From Candidatus Uhrbacteria bacterium (lineage in GTDB: Bacteria; Patescibacteriota; Patescibacteriia; UBA9934; GWF2-40-263), in contig JAAZYG010000005.1 in NCBI GenBank assembly GCA_014239775.1, positions 6,746-70,745 of the forward strand: 64,000 nucleotides of DNA, given 5' to 3'. This document shows, piece after piece, positions 1-8,929 of this stretch (its first letter is position 1; the number at the start of each line of letters is the position of its first letter). A model generated the notes under the pieces. The model saw only the letters and a list, made by a program, of their open reading frames with translations, did no database searches and was not told the origin of the DNA. Position numbers and translations under genes: made by a program.

Positions 1-297
1 TTTTGGGGAGGTTTTATACAACCATGGGCAGCAAATCTACTTCCAGGACCACTTGAACAAGTAATGATTTCTACTGCAATAATGGAACTTATAATTGGTG
101 TAGCCATGTTGTTTAACATATATACATGGATTGCGGCACTAATTGCATCATTACATCTTTTAGTGATATTGATTACAGTTGGAATCGACAGTATTACAGT
201 TCGTGATATTGGACTACTTGGCGCATCTGTTGCACTATTTTTATCGACTGTGCCAAAACATATAACAGACAAACTTTGTAGAAAAAATAAAAGTTAG
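1..297 (+). CDS. small multi-pass membrane protein, 5' end outside window (DoxX-like is only a guess)
   Basis: Frame 1 is open from base 1 to TAG at 295-297. Hydrophobic helices IIGVAMLF, AALIASLHLLVILITVG and LLGASVALFL. Confidence 0.5.
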   Translation, partial: FWGGFIQPWAANLLPGPLEQVMISTAIMELIIGVAMLFNIYTWIAALIASLHLLVILITVGIDSITVRDIGLLGASVALFLSTVPKHITDKLCRKNKS

Positions 298-300
298 AAA

Positions 301-324
301 AAAATCGACCAATTGGTCGATTTT
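301..324. terminator. bidirectional intrinsic terminator hairpin between convergent genes
   Basis: Perfect 10-bp stem AAAATCGACC / GGTCGATTTT with loop AATT. A-run on one side and T-run on the other. Confidence 0.7.
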
Positions 325-1492
325 ATAATTCTGTCAGACTTCTTCCTTGAAACAAATGTATGGTCCAAGAAAACGAAACTCTTAACTTATTAATAATACC
401 CGGTGTCTTAAATAAATATACCGTTCGCCAAACATACCAAGCAAACAATCCTTTGATATGAAAACCAAATATTTGCCCAATTCCATTTCCGTATCCTAGT
501 GAAAGCAAGAAACCAAACGTCCTTAGTTGATACGTGCCCATACTCTTCCCTTTTTCTAATAAAGATATGTTCTTAGCGACCACCTCAGCCTCTCTAACAG
601 CTGTTTGAGCTAATTTTGGTACAGGTTTACCATTTATGGAAATAATGTCTCCTAATGCAAATATATCGACATTCTCGACTGTTTGAAGATACTCATTAAC
701 CTGTACACAACCATGGTCATCTAGCTTAAGTACATTTTCATACAAACCAGTATTTGGCTTAACACCTGCACATAAGATAGTTATATCCGATCCATACTCA
801 CCTTTGTTTGTTATTACACTAGAACACGTAACTTCTTCAGCAATTGTTTCATTCAAAACCTCGATACCATATTTCTCTGTAAGGTTTTTTATATAACCCT
901 GAACCGTAGGATGATCCATGCCACCCATAATATTTCGTGCATTTATAACACGCAACTTATACTTTAACGTTGGATGTTTACTTTTTAACGAAGCAAGTAG
1001 TCTCTCTATGTCGAATATCAACTCTGAACCTGTTGCACCTGCTCCTATTACATTCACCTCTACCGTCTTATTGCATTGTGCAAATGAAACAATCTTATTT
1101 TTTATTGCAACAGCATCCTCTGCAGTTTTTAATTCAAATACATTCTCTGCACCCTTGATGTTATAAGTGTTTGTTGATGCACCAGTTGCAAGTACAAGAT
1201 AACTATAAGTAATTTCTTTATTATTTAAAATTACCTTTTTATTTTTTATATCCATATCAGTCACCTCACACCGATATAATTCAAAATCTTCATTTTTAAA
1301 AAACGTCTCATATTCAAATATTATGTCATGAGTTAAAAGTGAACCAGTTGCAACCTCATGCAATAATGGTGTGAATGTAAAATAATTTGTCTTACTAGCT
1401 AATATAACCGGATAACCAAGCTTAAGTAATGCTTTGGTTGTATAAACACCACCAAAACCACCACCTATCACAACAACTGGATCTTTTATCAT
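323..1492 (-). CDS. ndh: type II NADH dehydrogenase (NDH-2), FAD-dependent pyridine nucleotide-disulfide oxidoreductase
   Basis: Rossmann motif VVVIGGGFGGVY and second dinucleotide site NVIGAGATGSE, with NDH-2-like length. ATG at 1492 preferred over the TTG at 1513 used by the ORF track. Confidence 0.85.
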   Translation of the reverse strand: MIKDPVVVIGGGFGGVYTTKALLKLGYPVILASKTNYFTFTPLLHEVATGSLLTHDIIFEYETFFKNEDFELYRCEVTDMDIKNKKVILNNKEITYSYLVLATGASTNTYNIKGAENVFELKTAEDAVAIKNKIVSFAQCNKTVEVNVIGAGATGSELIFDIERLLASLKSKHPTLKYKLRVINARNIMGGMDHPTVQGYIKNLTEKYGIEVLNETIAEEVTCSSVITNKGEYGSDITILCAGVKPNTGLYENVLKLDDHGCVQVNEYLQTVENVDIFALGDIISINGKPVPKLAQTAVREAEVVAKNISLLEKGKSMGTYQLRTFGFLLSLGYGNGIGQIFGFHIKGLFAWYVWRTVYLFKTPGIINKLRVSFSWTIHLFQGRSLTEL

Positions 1493-1511
1493 ATAAATAG
1501 AAGTATAAAAC

Positions 1512-1539
1512 AAAAAAACCTCTGCAGCAAAGGCAGTGG
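1512..1539 (-). terminator. intrinsic terminator downstream of rpmG
   Basis: Stem CCTCTGC / GCAGTGG (one mismatch), 7-nt loop. The A7 run at 1512-1518 becomes a U-run on the minus-strand RNA. Confidence 0.5.
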
Positions 1540-1541
1540 TT

Positions 1542-1697
1542 TTATTTAGTTTCTTTGTGAAGCTTATGTGTCTTACAGCGTTTACAAAACTTTTTTAGCT
1601 CAAGTCTTTCTTTAAGCTTTTTCTTGTTTTTAAAACTTCTATAACCAAGCATTTTACACTCAGAACATTCAAATTTAATCAGATTATCTTGTGACAT
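1542..1697 (-). CDS. rpmG: 50S ribosomal protein L33
   Basis: 51-codon ORF below the ORF-track cutoff: MSQDNLIKFECSECKMLGYRSFKNKKKLKERLELKKFCKRCKTHKLHKETK. It has the L33 CxxC...CxxC zinc ribbon and KETK C-terminus. Confidence 0.9.
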   Translation of the reverse strand: MSQDNLIKFECSECKMLGYRSFKNKKKLKERLELKKFCKRCKTHKLHKETK

Positions 1698-1745
1698 ATA
1701 TATCTATTACTGCGAAACCTTAGTAGATTTTACTAAAATTGTCAA

Positions 1746-1822
1746 TGGAGCCACCTGTGAGATTCGAACTCACGACCTACGGTTTACAAAACCGTTGCTC
1801 TGACCAGCTGAGCTAAGGTGGC
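1746..1822 (-). tRNA. tRNA-Thr (anticodon UGU), CCA encoded
   Basis: Reverse complement GCCACCTTAGCTCAGCTGGTCAGAGCAACGGTTTTGTAAACCGTAGGTCGTGAGTTCGAATCTCACAGGTGGCTCCA folds as a cloverleaf. Anticodon loop is TTTGTAA. Confidence 0.9.
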
Positions 1823-1847
1823 TTAATAACTTACTAAGGAGACAAAC

Positions 1848-1932
1848 TGGTGGGCCGGGAGGGATTTGAACCCCCGAAGGCGATGCCAGCAGATTTACAG
1901 TCTGCTCTCGTTGACCACTTGAGTACCGACCC
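1848..1932 (-). tRNA. tRNA-Tyr (anticodon GUA), long variable arm, CCA encoded
   Basis: Reverse complement GGGTCGGTACTCAAGTGGTCAACGAGAGCAGACTGTAAATCTGCTGGCATCGCCTTCGGGGGTTCAAATCCCTCCCGGCCCACCA. Anticodon loop is CTGTAAA. Class II variable arm. Confidence 0.9.
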
Positions 1933-2012
1933 AGAAGCGAAATAATTCTACACAATATTAAAATTCAAGTCAATTACTAAATCAGTCAAGTTAATGCCAT
2001 CATTAATTTCAA

Positions 2013-3470
2013 TTAATGCACAATTTCCCAGTGTTTTTTCTTTGCGATACTAAGTAAATTACGGGAATGAGGCTTGACCACAATCGGATGACCAACAACC
2101 TTAAATATTGGTAAATCAGAATATGCATCTGCATAAGCATAACTGTCTTTTAAATTAAGACCGTGTTTTTTTGCATATGACTTAGCCTGTTTACTTTTTT
2201 CACTTCCATAAACAAGTTTCTTTATTTTTCCTGTATATACTCCATTTTTTATCTCCAACTTTGTAGCTATCAAACCTTTAGCACCAATCAAATCCTTAAA
2301 ATGCTTTGCAAGTGGTTCTATAACTTGACTCAAAGAAACAACATGATGCCCTGCCTTATGATGATCTTTAATATATGCAAGTAAGTCATGATCAAATTTA
2401 TCTGTCTCAACAATCTTAAAAAACTCATGAGCTAATATATCCAACTTTTCCTTATTCCACCCAGCTATACATTTAGCAGACTGTGCAGATAAATCTTGCA
2501 TTGAAATAATTTTTAAATTATACAAAAATAACGCAAAATAAACCCTCCAAATACTTAATCGTGATAAAAATCCTTCTTTTTGTAACCAATGAAAAAAATC
2601 ATGCATGCAATACCCTTTGTATATAGTATGATCTATATCAAAAAATACACCTACATCCTTACGTTTTTTCTCAGATAAAAAATCTCTATGATACCTATGG
2701 GGCAACTGCTTCATCATTTGATCACGAACGTCCTTTGTAAAGTCAACAACTGCTTTTCTAAATGGATACGCACGTGTAACTTTTGGTGGCATCATTGGCT
2801 TTCCAAAGATGACTTTAATTTTTCCAGGACACATCCTTGTACGATCAACAACCTTCTCCTCTCCAATAAATGTCATTGGGACTATTGAACGCTTTGAACG
2901 TAAAGAAACACGTGCAGCGCCTGTATGTAAATAGTGGAACTTGTGCGAATGCTCAACATGACCTTCACCAAAAATTAAAACATTCCTACCCTCTTTTAAT
3001 GAATTCATCATCTTCTTAATAGCAGCTTTTTTTGTGTGTGCTTTTTTAAAATGTTTCTCATCATAACCATCACGCAATACATCAATAGCACCGGCTTTAA
3101 AACAAAAAATATTAAAAGGATATTTAAACATTCCACGAGGACCAACCAAACAATCTACATTTGGACCCAAAAGGCCAAAACAAAAAAAACCATCTAACAC
3201 AGACCCGTGATTAGATACATATATAAACGGACCTTCTATATTCCCTGTATTATCTTCTACATCAAATTCAATGCCAGATAACTTTTTTAACAAGGCCGAA
3301 TTTATCATTGACGCTTTACGCCACAACCCATCTCTTTTATTCTTTGGAATAAGCTTTTCTACCACTAAAAACACAGGTGCTTCTACACAACCTATTATAT
3401 AAAATAATAATTGTACTGATATTCCGTAAACAGTTTTTAATTTTAATTTATCCCCCAATAATGTTGCCAT
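2013..3470 (-). CDS. fusion protein: PlsC-like lysophospholipid acyltransferase (N-half) + HAD-IB-type phosphatase (C-half)
   Basis: Acyltransferase HX4D block NHGSVLD and FGEGHVE block in the N-half. HAD motif I FFDIDHTIY and a SerB-like C-half. Confidence 0.7.
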   Translation of the reverse strand: MATLLGDKLKLKTVYGISVQLLFYIIGCVEAPVFLVVEKLIPKNKRDGLWRKASMINSALLKKLSGIEFDVEDNTGNIEGPFIYVSNHGSVLDGFFCFGLLGPNVDCLVGPRGMFKYPFNIFCFKAGAIDVLRDGYDEKHFKKAHTKKAAIKKMMNSLKEGRNVLIFGEGHVEHSHKFHYLHTGAARVSLRSKRSIVPMTFIGEEKVVDRTRMCPGKIKVIFGKPMMPPKVTRAYPFRKAVVDFTKDVRDQMMKQLPHRYHRDFLSEKKRKDVGVFFDIDHTIYKGYCMHDFFHWLQKEGFLSRLSIWRVYFALFLYNLKIISMQDLSAQSAKCIAGWNKEKLDILAHEFFKIVETDKFDHDLLAYIKDHHKAGHHVVSLSQVIEPLAKHFKDLIGAKGLIATKLEIKNGVYTGKIKKLVYGSEKSKQAKSYAKKHGLNLKDSYAYADAYSDLPIFKVVGHPIVVKPHSRNLLSIAKKKHWEIVH

Positions 3471-3471
3471 A

Positions 3472-3500
3472 TTGACAATAACGATTTATAAGGCTATTTT
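3472..3500 (+). promoter_or_regulatory. sigma70-like promoter candidate for the cyclase gene
   Basis: TTGACA (3472-3477), 17-nt spacer, TATTTT (3495-3500). Confidence 0.4.
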
Positions 3501-3572
3501 ATCATGAATATAGGAGGATAACTAAGTTCTTTAACAATTAAATATACTTAAACCACTTTTTTGGGGAAAACC

Positions 3573-5405
3573 ATGACTCTTGAACCGAGGTCATTGTCGC
3601 CAGTTAGAACCTGGGCAAGCATTAACGCGCCTCGCAACATATTACTTCTACTTGTTGGGTGCGAGCATTTAGGTGTACCTAAAAAGGTCATCTTCAATAG
3701 TTTACCTGATAGACTAAAAGGTAAATCGATATCATTAATGAGAAAAGATGAAGATCAAATTACTCTTGCAGAGTATGATGATGTTCTAAGACCTTTAATA
3801 GATCACTTAGGTCACGTGAGTCTACTGAGCGAAATTGGTCATGCATCACCAAAGATTGACTTTGGTTTTGAAACCGTCAAACGTATCGCAGGCACACTTC
3901 CTGGACTCGGTCATTTTGTTAGTCCATGGGTTGCATACAAACAACTCAATGAAGCTGCAAGAGCTTGGAATAATAACAAAATCTGGAAGGCTGATTTAAT
4001 AGATCACAACATGGTTAGGCTTATGTGTACATATAATCCTGCTAGTCCAACCGGACAAACCATCGATCGAATTAAAGACGCAGTTTCACTTTTGTATTTA
4101 ATCAGAGGGATGAATGAAGCTCTTCCAGGAATTTTTCCAGGAAGATACTTGTTGTCTGAAGTTAATTACAGACTAGTCAATCTACCACTAGAACAACTAC
4201 TGCGGACATTGTGTCCAAAAAGTAATATTGAATTTAGTGGAAATGTCTTATACTTCAACAATGAACTCGTTGCAACAAAGGTTTGGCTAAAACCAGACCA
4301 CAGAGGATGGTTCATGGGTGACTACTCACGAACTGAGATTGATGGTGTAATGACAACACCAGCAATCTTAATCTTAAAAGATGTGTGTACACAAGCGACA
4401 GGAAATGTATGTCCTGGTCAAATATTGCCACTAGTTCGTCTAGGTGAAATTTATCAAATCAACGAAGATGTGAGTCAATTTTCACACACAATACTGGACA
4501 TTCGGTGGAACACAACTTGGGCAGATAAAGTAAAAAGTTATCTACCGTTCGTTGGTGGTCATAAAAACTTCCAAAATGAGTTCATTACTGAAAACAGGGC
4601 GGTTGCAGCAACTCAACAAGTTTCGCTTGAAAAACGTAAGACTCAAATTTATACAGCACTTATTTCAGCGATTTATCCTGATAAATCAATGTTTCAATCT
4701 GTTCTTGAAGGTAAAAATCTTACAGTAATAGATGACACTACAGTGTCTTTGTTTGTTGACATTGCAAACTTCTCAAAATGGGCAAACTCCTGTGGAGCCA
4801 ATGAAGTATACAATTTTATGCAGCCCTTTATGACTGGTGTGAATAAAATTGCCTTACGTTGTCATGGTAAGCTGTGTAATTTTACCGGTGATGGATGTGC
4901 AATTAATTGGTTTGGTAAAATAGGACCCAGCAAACAATATTCAGTAAAACGAAGATTGCAATTTGCCATAGATGCATCTCTCTACATTTTGAAACTTGCA
5001 GATAATGCTGGATGTTCTGTACGTGTAGGAATTTCTGTTGGTCAAACAATCACATACACTATTCCTGTAGACAAAAGTGGTATTCAAGCAATGCCTGTCA
5101 CAAATGGAGTAGCAATGAATATGGCCGCAAGAGTGCAGGCTGCAATGAAACCAACACAACAAAAAATGAAATGTTCTGTTGCAGCAATGGATGATAGTGC
5201 AGAAAAAGTTCTTACAGCTGATGGAATCTTAAATATTGCACCATTAAACATAAGGATCATTGGTGTAGTCGAAGAAAAGTCTGATACATTTAGTTTATTC
5301 CAAATCATGCCAACAACAATGACTGAAAAGGACCAAAACTGGATCACACGGACTGGCGCAGACACGTCTATGAATATGCCCACAATCAACTCAAATGAGG
5401 ATTAA
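3573..5405 (+). CDS. class III nucleotidyl cyclase (adenylate/guanylate-cyclase-type catalytic domain) fused to an unassigned ~390-aa N-terminal domain
   Basis: C-terminal ~190 aa carries cyclase-homology-domain blocks: FVDIANFS (metal Asp), FTGDGCAINWF (second Asp), VRVGISVG and GVAMNMAARV (Asn/Arg). ATG at 3573 preferred over TTG at 3561. G+C is above the backbone (43% in the one row counted). Confidence 0.75.
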   Translation: MTLEPRSLSPVRTWASINAPRNILLLLVGCEHLGVPKKVIFNSLPDRLKGKSISLMRKDEDQITLAEYDDVLRPLIDHLGHVSLLSEIGHASPKIDFGFETVKRIAGTLPGLGHFVSPWVAYKQLNEAARAWNNNKIWKADLIDHNMVRLMCTYNPASPTGQTIDRIKDAVSLLYLIRGMNEALPGIFPGRYLLSEVNYRLVNLPLEQLLRTLCPKSNIEFSGNVLYFNNELVATKVWLKPDHRGWFMGDYSRTEIDGVMTTPAILILKDVCTQATGNVCPGQILPLVRLGEIYQINEDVSQFSHTILDIRWNTTWADKVKSYLPFVGGHKNFQNEFITENRAVAATQQVSLEKRKTQIYTALISAIYPDKSMFQSVLEGKNLTVIDDTTVSLFVDIANFSKWANSCGANEVYNFMQPFMTGVNKIALRCHGKLCNFTGDGCAINWFGKIGPSKQYSVKRRLQFAIDASLYILKLADNAGCSVRVGISVGQTITYTIPVDKSGIQAMPVTNGVAMNMAARVQAAMKPTQQKMKCSVAAMDDSAEKVLTADGILNIAPLNIRIIGVVEEKSDTFSLFQIMPTTMTEKDQNWITRTGADTSMNMPTINSNED

Positions 5406-5418
5406 TAAAGCATTACTA

Positions 5419-5447
5419 ACACCTGTTTATACAGGTGTTTTTTTATT
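5419..5447 (+). terminator. intrinsic terminator of the cyclase gene
   Basis: Perfect 9-bp stem AACACCTGT / ACAGGTGTT, loop TTAT, followed by a T-run. Confidence 0.8.
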
Positions 5448-5477
5448 AAGAAAACATAAACACACAACTTATATCTG

Positions 5478-5506
5478 TTGACAACCAGCATGTTTATATA
5501 TAAACT
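5478..5506 (+). promoter_or_regulatory. sigma70-like promoter candidate
   Basis: TTGACA (5478-5483), 17-nt spacer, TAAACT (5501-5506). Confidence 0.4.
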
Positions 5507-5560
5507 CTCAAGTCAACTTTGACAATCTGTTTTAAATAAAGTTTTTACAAGGAACAGTAA

Positions 5561-5887
5561 GTGATTTTTTCTGAAGTTTTTTATGTTGATTATGACCGAT
5601 CTGTTAAATTCAACCCAACCTTGCACAGTCAATTTGTAAAAAAATTTCTTGCATGGTCAAACCTTATAATTGTCGGTCCGCAGTATGAGCACAAACATCT
5701 GTACAATCACTTCTGTACAGATCATACAGCCCCACCAACATCACAGCTTATAGCTGCTGGTGATTGTACGGGCGATGGACATGTGTGGAGTTGGACAAGT
5801 GTTGGCTTTGGTTTTAAAACACCAAAAGACATCAAACCTCACATACTCAAGGCAATTCAAATGAAGGATGAAGCTTTAGGCTTCTAA
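5561..5887 (+). CDS. hypothetical 108-aa protein, GTG start
   Basis: ORF with AAGGAA 6 nt upstream of GTG 5561. No in-frame ATG near the 5' end and no recognisable motif. It sits between the cyclase terminator and a tRNA. Confidence 0.45.
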   Translation: MIFSEVFYVDYDRSVKFNPTLHSQFVKKFLAWSNLIIVGPQYEHKHLYNHFCTDHTAPPTSQLIAAGDCTGDGHVWSWTSVGFGFKTPKDIKPHILKAIQMKDEALGF

Positions 5888-5948
5888 CACTAAAGCTATG
5901 CTTTACTAAACATACAAACTTTTTGTGTGTTTTTTTATTTACACAATC

Positions 5949-5975
5949 AAAAAAACTACTAATACGTAGTTTTTA
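5949..5975. terminator. bidirectional hairpin terminator
   Basis: AAAAACTAC / GTAGTTTTT stem with a 6-nt loop, between the plus-strand ORF and the minus-strand tRNA-Thr. Confidence 0.6.
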
Positions 5976-5981
5976 AGTAAA

Positions 5982-6057
5982 TGGAGCCGTCACGCGGATT
6001 CGAACCGCGGACCTCATCCTTACCATGGATGCGCTCTACCTACTGAGCTATGACGGC
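5982..6057 (-). tRNA. tRNA-Thr (anticodon GGU), CCA encoded
   Basis: Reverse complement GCCGTCATAGCTCAGTAGGTAGAGCGCATCCATGGTAAGGATGAGGTCCGCGGTTCGAATCCGCGTGACGGCTCCA. Anticodon loop is ATGGTAA. Confidence 0.9.
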
Positions 6058-6067
6058 AATAATAATA

Positions 6068-6877
6068 TTATTCCTCACTTGTTTTTTGAATATATTCATC
6101 CTTTAATTTATAAAACCTACCCTCAAACTCATCAAGTTTTTTATTTTCTGGATTGACCTCCTGCAACAAGGTGATTCCTTTTCTAGCATCTTTTAATGAA
6201 CCAGCTCTAAGAGAAGTTTCAATATAAAAATCTAAATATTTTGGATTTTTAGACCTATTATCGATTGCCTTTTTTAGATAATCTAATGCAGATTTGTAAT
6301 TTAAAGAATCCATCTCCATCTCTGCAAGAGACACCAAAACACTAGCATCATTTGGTGAAATTTTTAATGTAAATTTATAAGTCTCTTTTGCCTGGTCATA
6401 TTTAGAACTCTTTTTATAAAGATCACCCAATCCTTCATATGCATCAACACTTTTTGGATTATGACTAATAATATCTATATAGATTTTTTCTGCATGTACA
6501 ACCTCATCTTTTTTGACTAAATCCTTAGCTTGATCAATTAATCGTCTTATTTCATCTTTATTGTAAGAGTGAACACCTTCTTCAGCTGTACGTTTTAATT
6601 TCTGATAATATTGCTCTAAAGAATATAATTTTTGTACAGCACGTCTACCGTATTTAGACGCAACACGAACAGCTCCAGAAGATGCTTTTACTACATTTCT
6701 AGCAACACCGCTCTTACGTTGTAATTTTTGTAATATAATCTTCTCTTTTACTTTTCGCGCCTTTTCTTTTGGTACTGATTCAATGTTAATAACACGTAAT
6801 TTTGGGATATTACGAACCAAAATAATAGAAATTGTAAACAAACAGAAAATAATTATAGAAACTAATATCCAAACCAT
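6068..6877 (-). CDS. membrane-anchored TPR-repeat protein
   Basis: N-terminal TM helix VWILVSIIIFCLFTISIILV. C-half has TPR-like repeats (AYEGLGDLYKKSSKYDQAKETYKFTLKISPND...). Confidence 0.65.
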   Translation of the reverse strand: MVWILVSIIIFCLFTISIILVRNIPKLRVINIESVPKEKARKVKEKIILQKLQRKSGVARNVVKASSGAVRVASKYGRRAVQKLYSLEQYYQKLKRTAEEGVHSYNKDEIRRLIDQAKDLVKKDEVVHAEKIYIDIISHNPKSVDAYEGLGDLYKKSSKYDQAKETYKFTLKISPNDASVLVSLAEMEMDSLNYKSALDYLKKAIDNRSKNPKYLDFYIETSLRAGSLKDARKGITLLQEVNPENKKLDEFEGRFYKLKDEYIQKTSEE

Positions 6878-6880
6878 ACT

Positions 6881-7654
6881 TTACTCTTGTGCTTCAAGGA
6901 CTTCACTTGCAGCCTCAATCACATCCTTGAATTGATTAATTTTAACACTTGCACCACCAACCAAAACTCCATCAATACTTTTCTCTCTTAATAAAGCATA
7001 TGCATTATCACCATTTACACTACCTCCATACAAAACATTTAATTGATCTTCCTTTATACCAGGAAAGATATCTGACAAAACAGTTTTAATAAACTCATGC
7101 ACCTCTATAACCTGTGCAACATCTGCATTTTTACCAGTACCGATTGCCCAAATGGGTTCATATGCTATAAACAATTTAGCTGAAGATCGTAATCTAATCC
7201 CACCTAATGCACTGGCTATTTGATTTTTTATAATCTCCAAATAACCACCCTCCTCTCTATGTTCAACACTCTCACCAATACACACTATTGGGGTTAAATT
7301 ATTCTCTAAAGCCTTTTTTAATTTCCTATTAACAATTTCATCCGTTTCAGAAAACAAACCCCTTCTTTCTGAATGCCCAATTAATACATGTGTTACACCG
7401 ACCTCATCTAACATTCTTGAAGAAATCTCACCAGTAAATGCACCCTTATCTTCCCATGACATGTTTTGTGCACATAAAGAAACAGATGACCTTGCGATCA
7501 CTTTTCTAACTTCCGACAAAGCAATAAATGAAGGACAAATGATTAAATTAGGAACAACTTTCCTACCCCTCAATGTCAAAAGCGTACCACGAGCCAACGC
7601 AATACTTTCTCTAACTCCCACATTCATCTTCCAATTTCCTATAACTGTTTTCAT
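6881..7654 (-). CDS. tpiA: triosephosphate isomerase
   Basis: Motifs GNWKMN, IGHSERR and YEPIWAIGTGK. Confidence 0.95.
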   Translation of the reverse strand: MKTVIGNWKMNVGVRESIALARGTLLTLRGRKVVPNLIICPSFIALSEVRKVIARSSVSLCAQNMSWEDKGAFTGEISSRMLDEVGVTHVLIGHSERRGLFSETDEIVNRKLKKALENNLTPIVCIGESVEHREEGGYLEIIKNQIASALGGIRLRSSAKLFIAYEPIWAIGTGKNADVAQVIEVHEFIKTVLSDIFPGIKEDQLNVLYGGSVNGDNAYALLREKSIDGVLVGGASVKINQFKDVIEAASEVLEAQE

Positions 7655-8919
7655 ATTTTTGCCTTCCTTATGAACTCCTCCTTAGACTTATAAGGACCTA
7701 TAACAGCAACTGTCATTTGATCTAAATCAAGAATTTCTTTTGCCACATCTTGAATTTCTTCCAAAGTTACTCCATCTATTTTTTTCAAATATGCAGCTGG
7801 TGTTTTAACATCATCTTTAAACAGTGCTTGTGTTGCATACCACGAAGCACGTTGATACGTATCTTCAAGCTGTATTGAAAACTGTCCTTGTATATATGTT
7901 TTCGCATCTACCAATTCTTGCTTTGTAACACCCTTTTTTATAATAGATTTTACCTCTTTTAAAATAGTCTTAACAGCAAGTGGTAACCGCTTTTTGTCCA
8001 AACCAGCCCTAATCATAAAAGTACCAATATCATCATATTGATGACTGTATGCACGTACAAAATATGCTAAGCCCAGTCTTTCTCGTACCTCAATAAAAAG
8101 CCGTGAACTCATGTTGCCACCTAATATCACAGAAAGCAAGGATACAATATGATTCTTTTTTGAATCAATACCATATGTATAAAATCCTAATGCTAATTGA
8201 ATTTGTTCTGTTTTTTTGTATTCAACACAAATTCTTGGTGATTTTTTTGGTTTTGTGATCTTAAACTCTTCAAAATCTTTATCTGACTTTCCTTTTCGAA
8301 CAACTGAAAATTTATTTTCAACCCAAACCTTAGCTTTTTTATTAATATTTCCAGAAACAACAACAACCATATTTGAAGCGCTATAATGCTTCTTATAATA
8401 TTCTAAAATTTCATCTCTTGGCATTTCTTTCATTGTCTTTGGTGTACCTGCTATATTTCGTCCCAACGTATTACCTTTATACATCTCGTCTTCAACAATA
8501 TCCTCAACATGACGCATAGGATTATCCCTATACATGTTAATTTCCTCAATCACCACACCACGCTCACGATCCAATTCTGTTTTATCAAAAACAGAATTAA
8601 ACAACATATCACTTAGAATATCTAAAGCTAATTTTAGGTGAGTCTTGCTAACTTTTACGTAATAACCTGTAACATGCTTATCTGTAAATGCATTAAAATC
8701 AGCACCAATTGAATCTAATTCTCTAGTAATGTCCTGAGTTGTTGGGCGACGTTTTGTGCCTTTAAACAATAAGTGCTCAATAAAATGTGACGCACCGTTT
8801 AGTTTTTTATATTCATACCTTGAACCAACTCCAACCAAAATCATGACCGTTACCGTGTCTGTGCCTTTTGAAGGAGCAAATAAAACTGGTAATGAATTTT
8901 TTAATGTAAATTTTTGCAT
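7651..8919 (-). CDS. M16 family zinc peptidase (pitrilysin-like)
   Basis: Inverted zinc motif HFIEHLLFKGT (HxxEH). Two-domain length. The TGA stop overlaps the tpiA ATG (ATGA). Confidence 0.85.
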   Translation of the reverse strand: MQKFTLKNSLPVLFAPSKGTDTVTVMILVGVGSRYEYKKLNGASHFIEHLLFKGTKRRPTTQDITRELDSIGADFNAFTDKHVTGYYVKVSKTHLKLALDILSDMLFNSVFDKTELDRERGVVIEEINMYRDNPMRHVEDIVEDEMYKGNTLGRNIAGTPKTMKEMPRDEILEYYKKHYSASNMVVVVSGNINKKAKVWVENKFSVVRKGKSDKDFEEFKITKPKKSPRICVEYKKTEQIQLALGFYTYGIDSKKNHIVSLLSVILGGNMSSRLFIEVRERLGLAYFVRAYSHQYDDIGTFMIRAGLDKKRLPLAVKTILKEVKSIIKKGVTKQELVDAKTYIQGQFSIQLEDTYQRASWYATQALFKDDVKTPAAYLKKIDGVTLEEIQDVAKEILDLDQMTVAVIGPYKSKEEFIRKAKI

Positions 8920-8929
8920 CTTGATAAAA

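Noticed and set aside
1770-1955. 61-aa minus-strand ORF in the supplied track
   Set aside because: It is entirely covered by tRNA-Thr(UGU) and tRNA-Tyr(GUA). It has no RBS, and its sequence is just the translated tRNA complement.
3504-3521. Mini-ORF ATGAATATAGGAGGATAA and orphan AGGAGG in the cyclase leader
   Set aside because: The ATG lies only 3 nt after the -10 hexamer, so it is probably not transcribed. The AGGAGG has no start codon within 5-12 nt. I found no support for a leader peptide.
3573-5887. Calling the cyclase islet a Pycsar system
   Set aside because: There is no effector with a cyclic-nucleotide-binding domain plus TM or TIR module. The neighbouring 108-aa protein has no such features. 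It is kept only as a hypothesis in the findings.
7651-7654. Possibility of an alternative genetic code (UGA reassignment, known in some CPR lineages)
   Set aside because: TGA terminates the M16 peptidase in a classic ATGA overlap with tpiA, and terminates the GT2 gene at 21672. All conserved proteins are full length under code 11.
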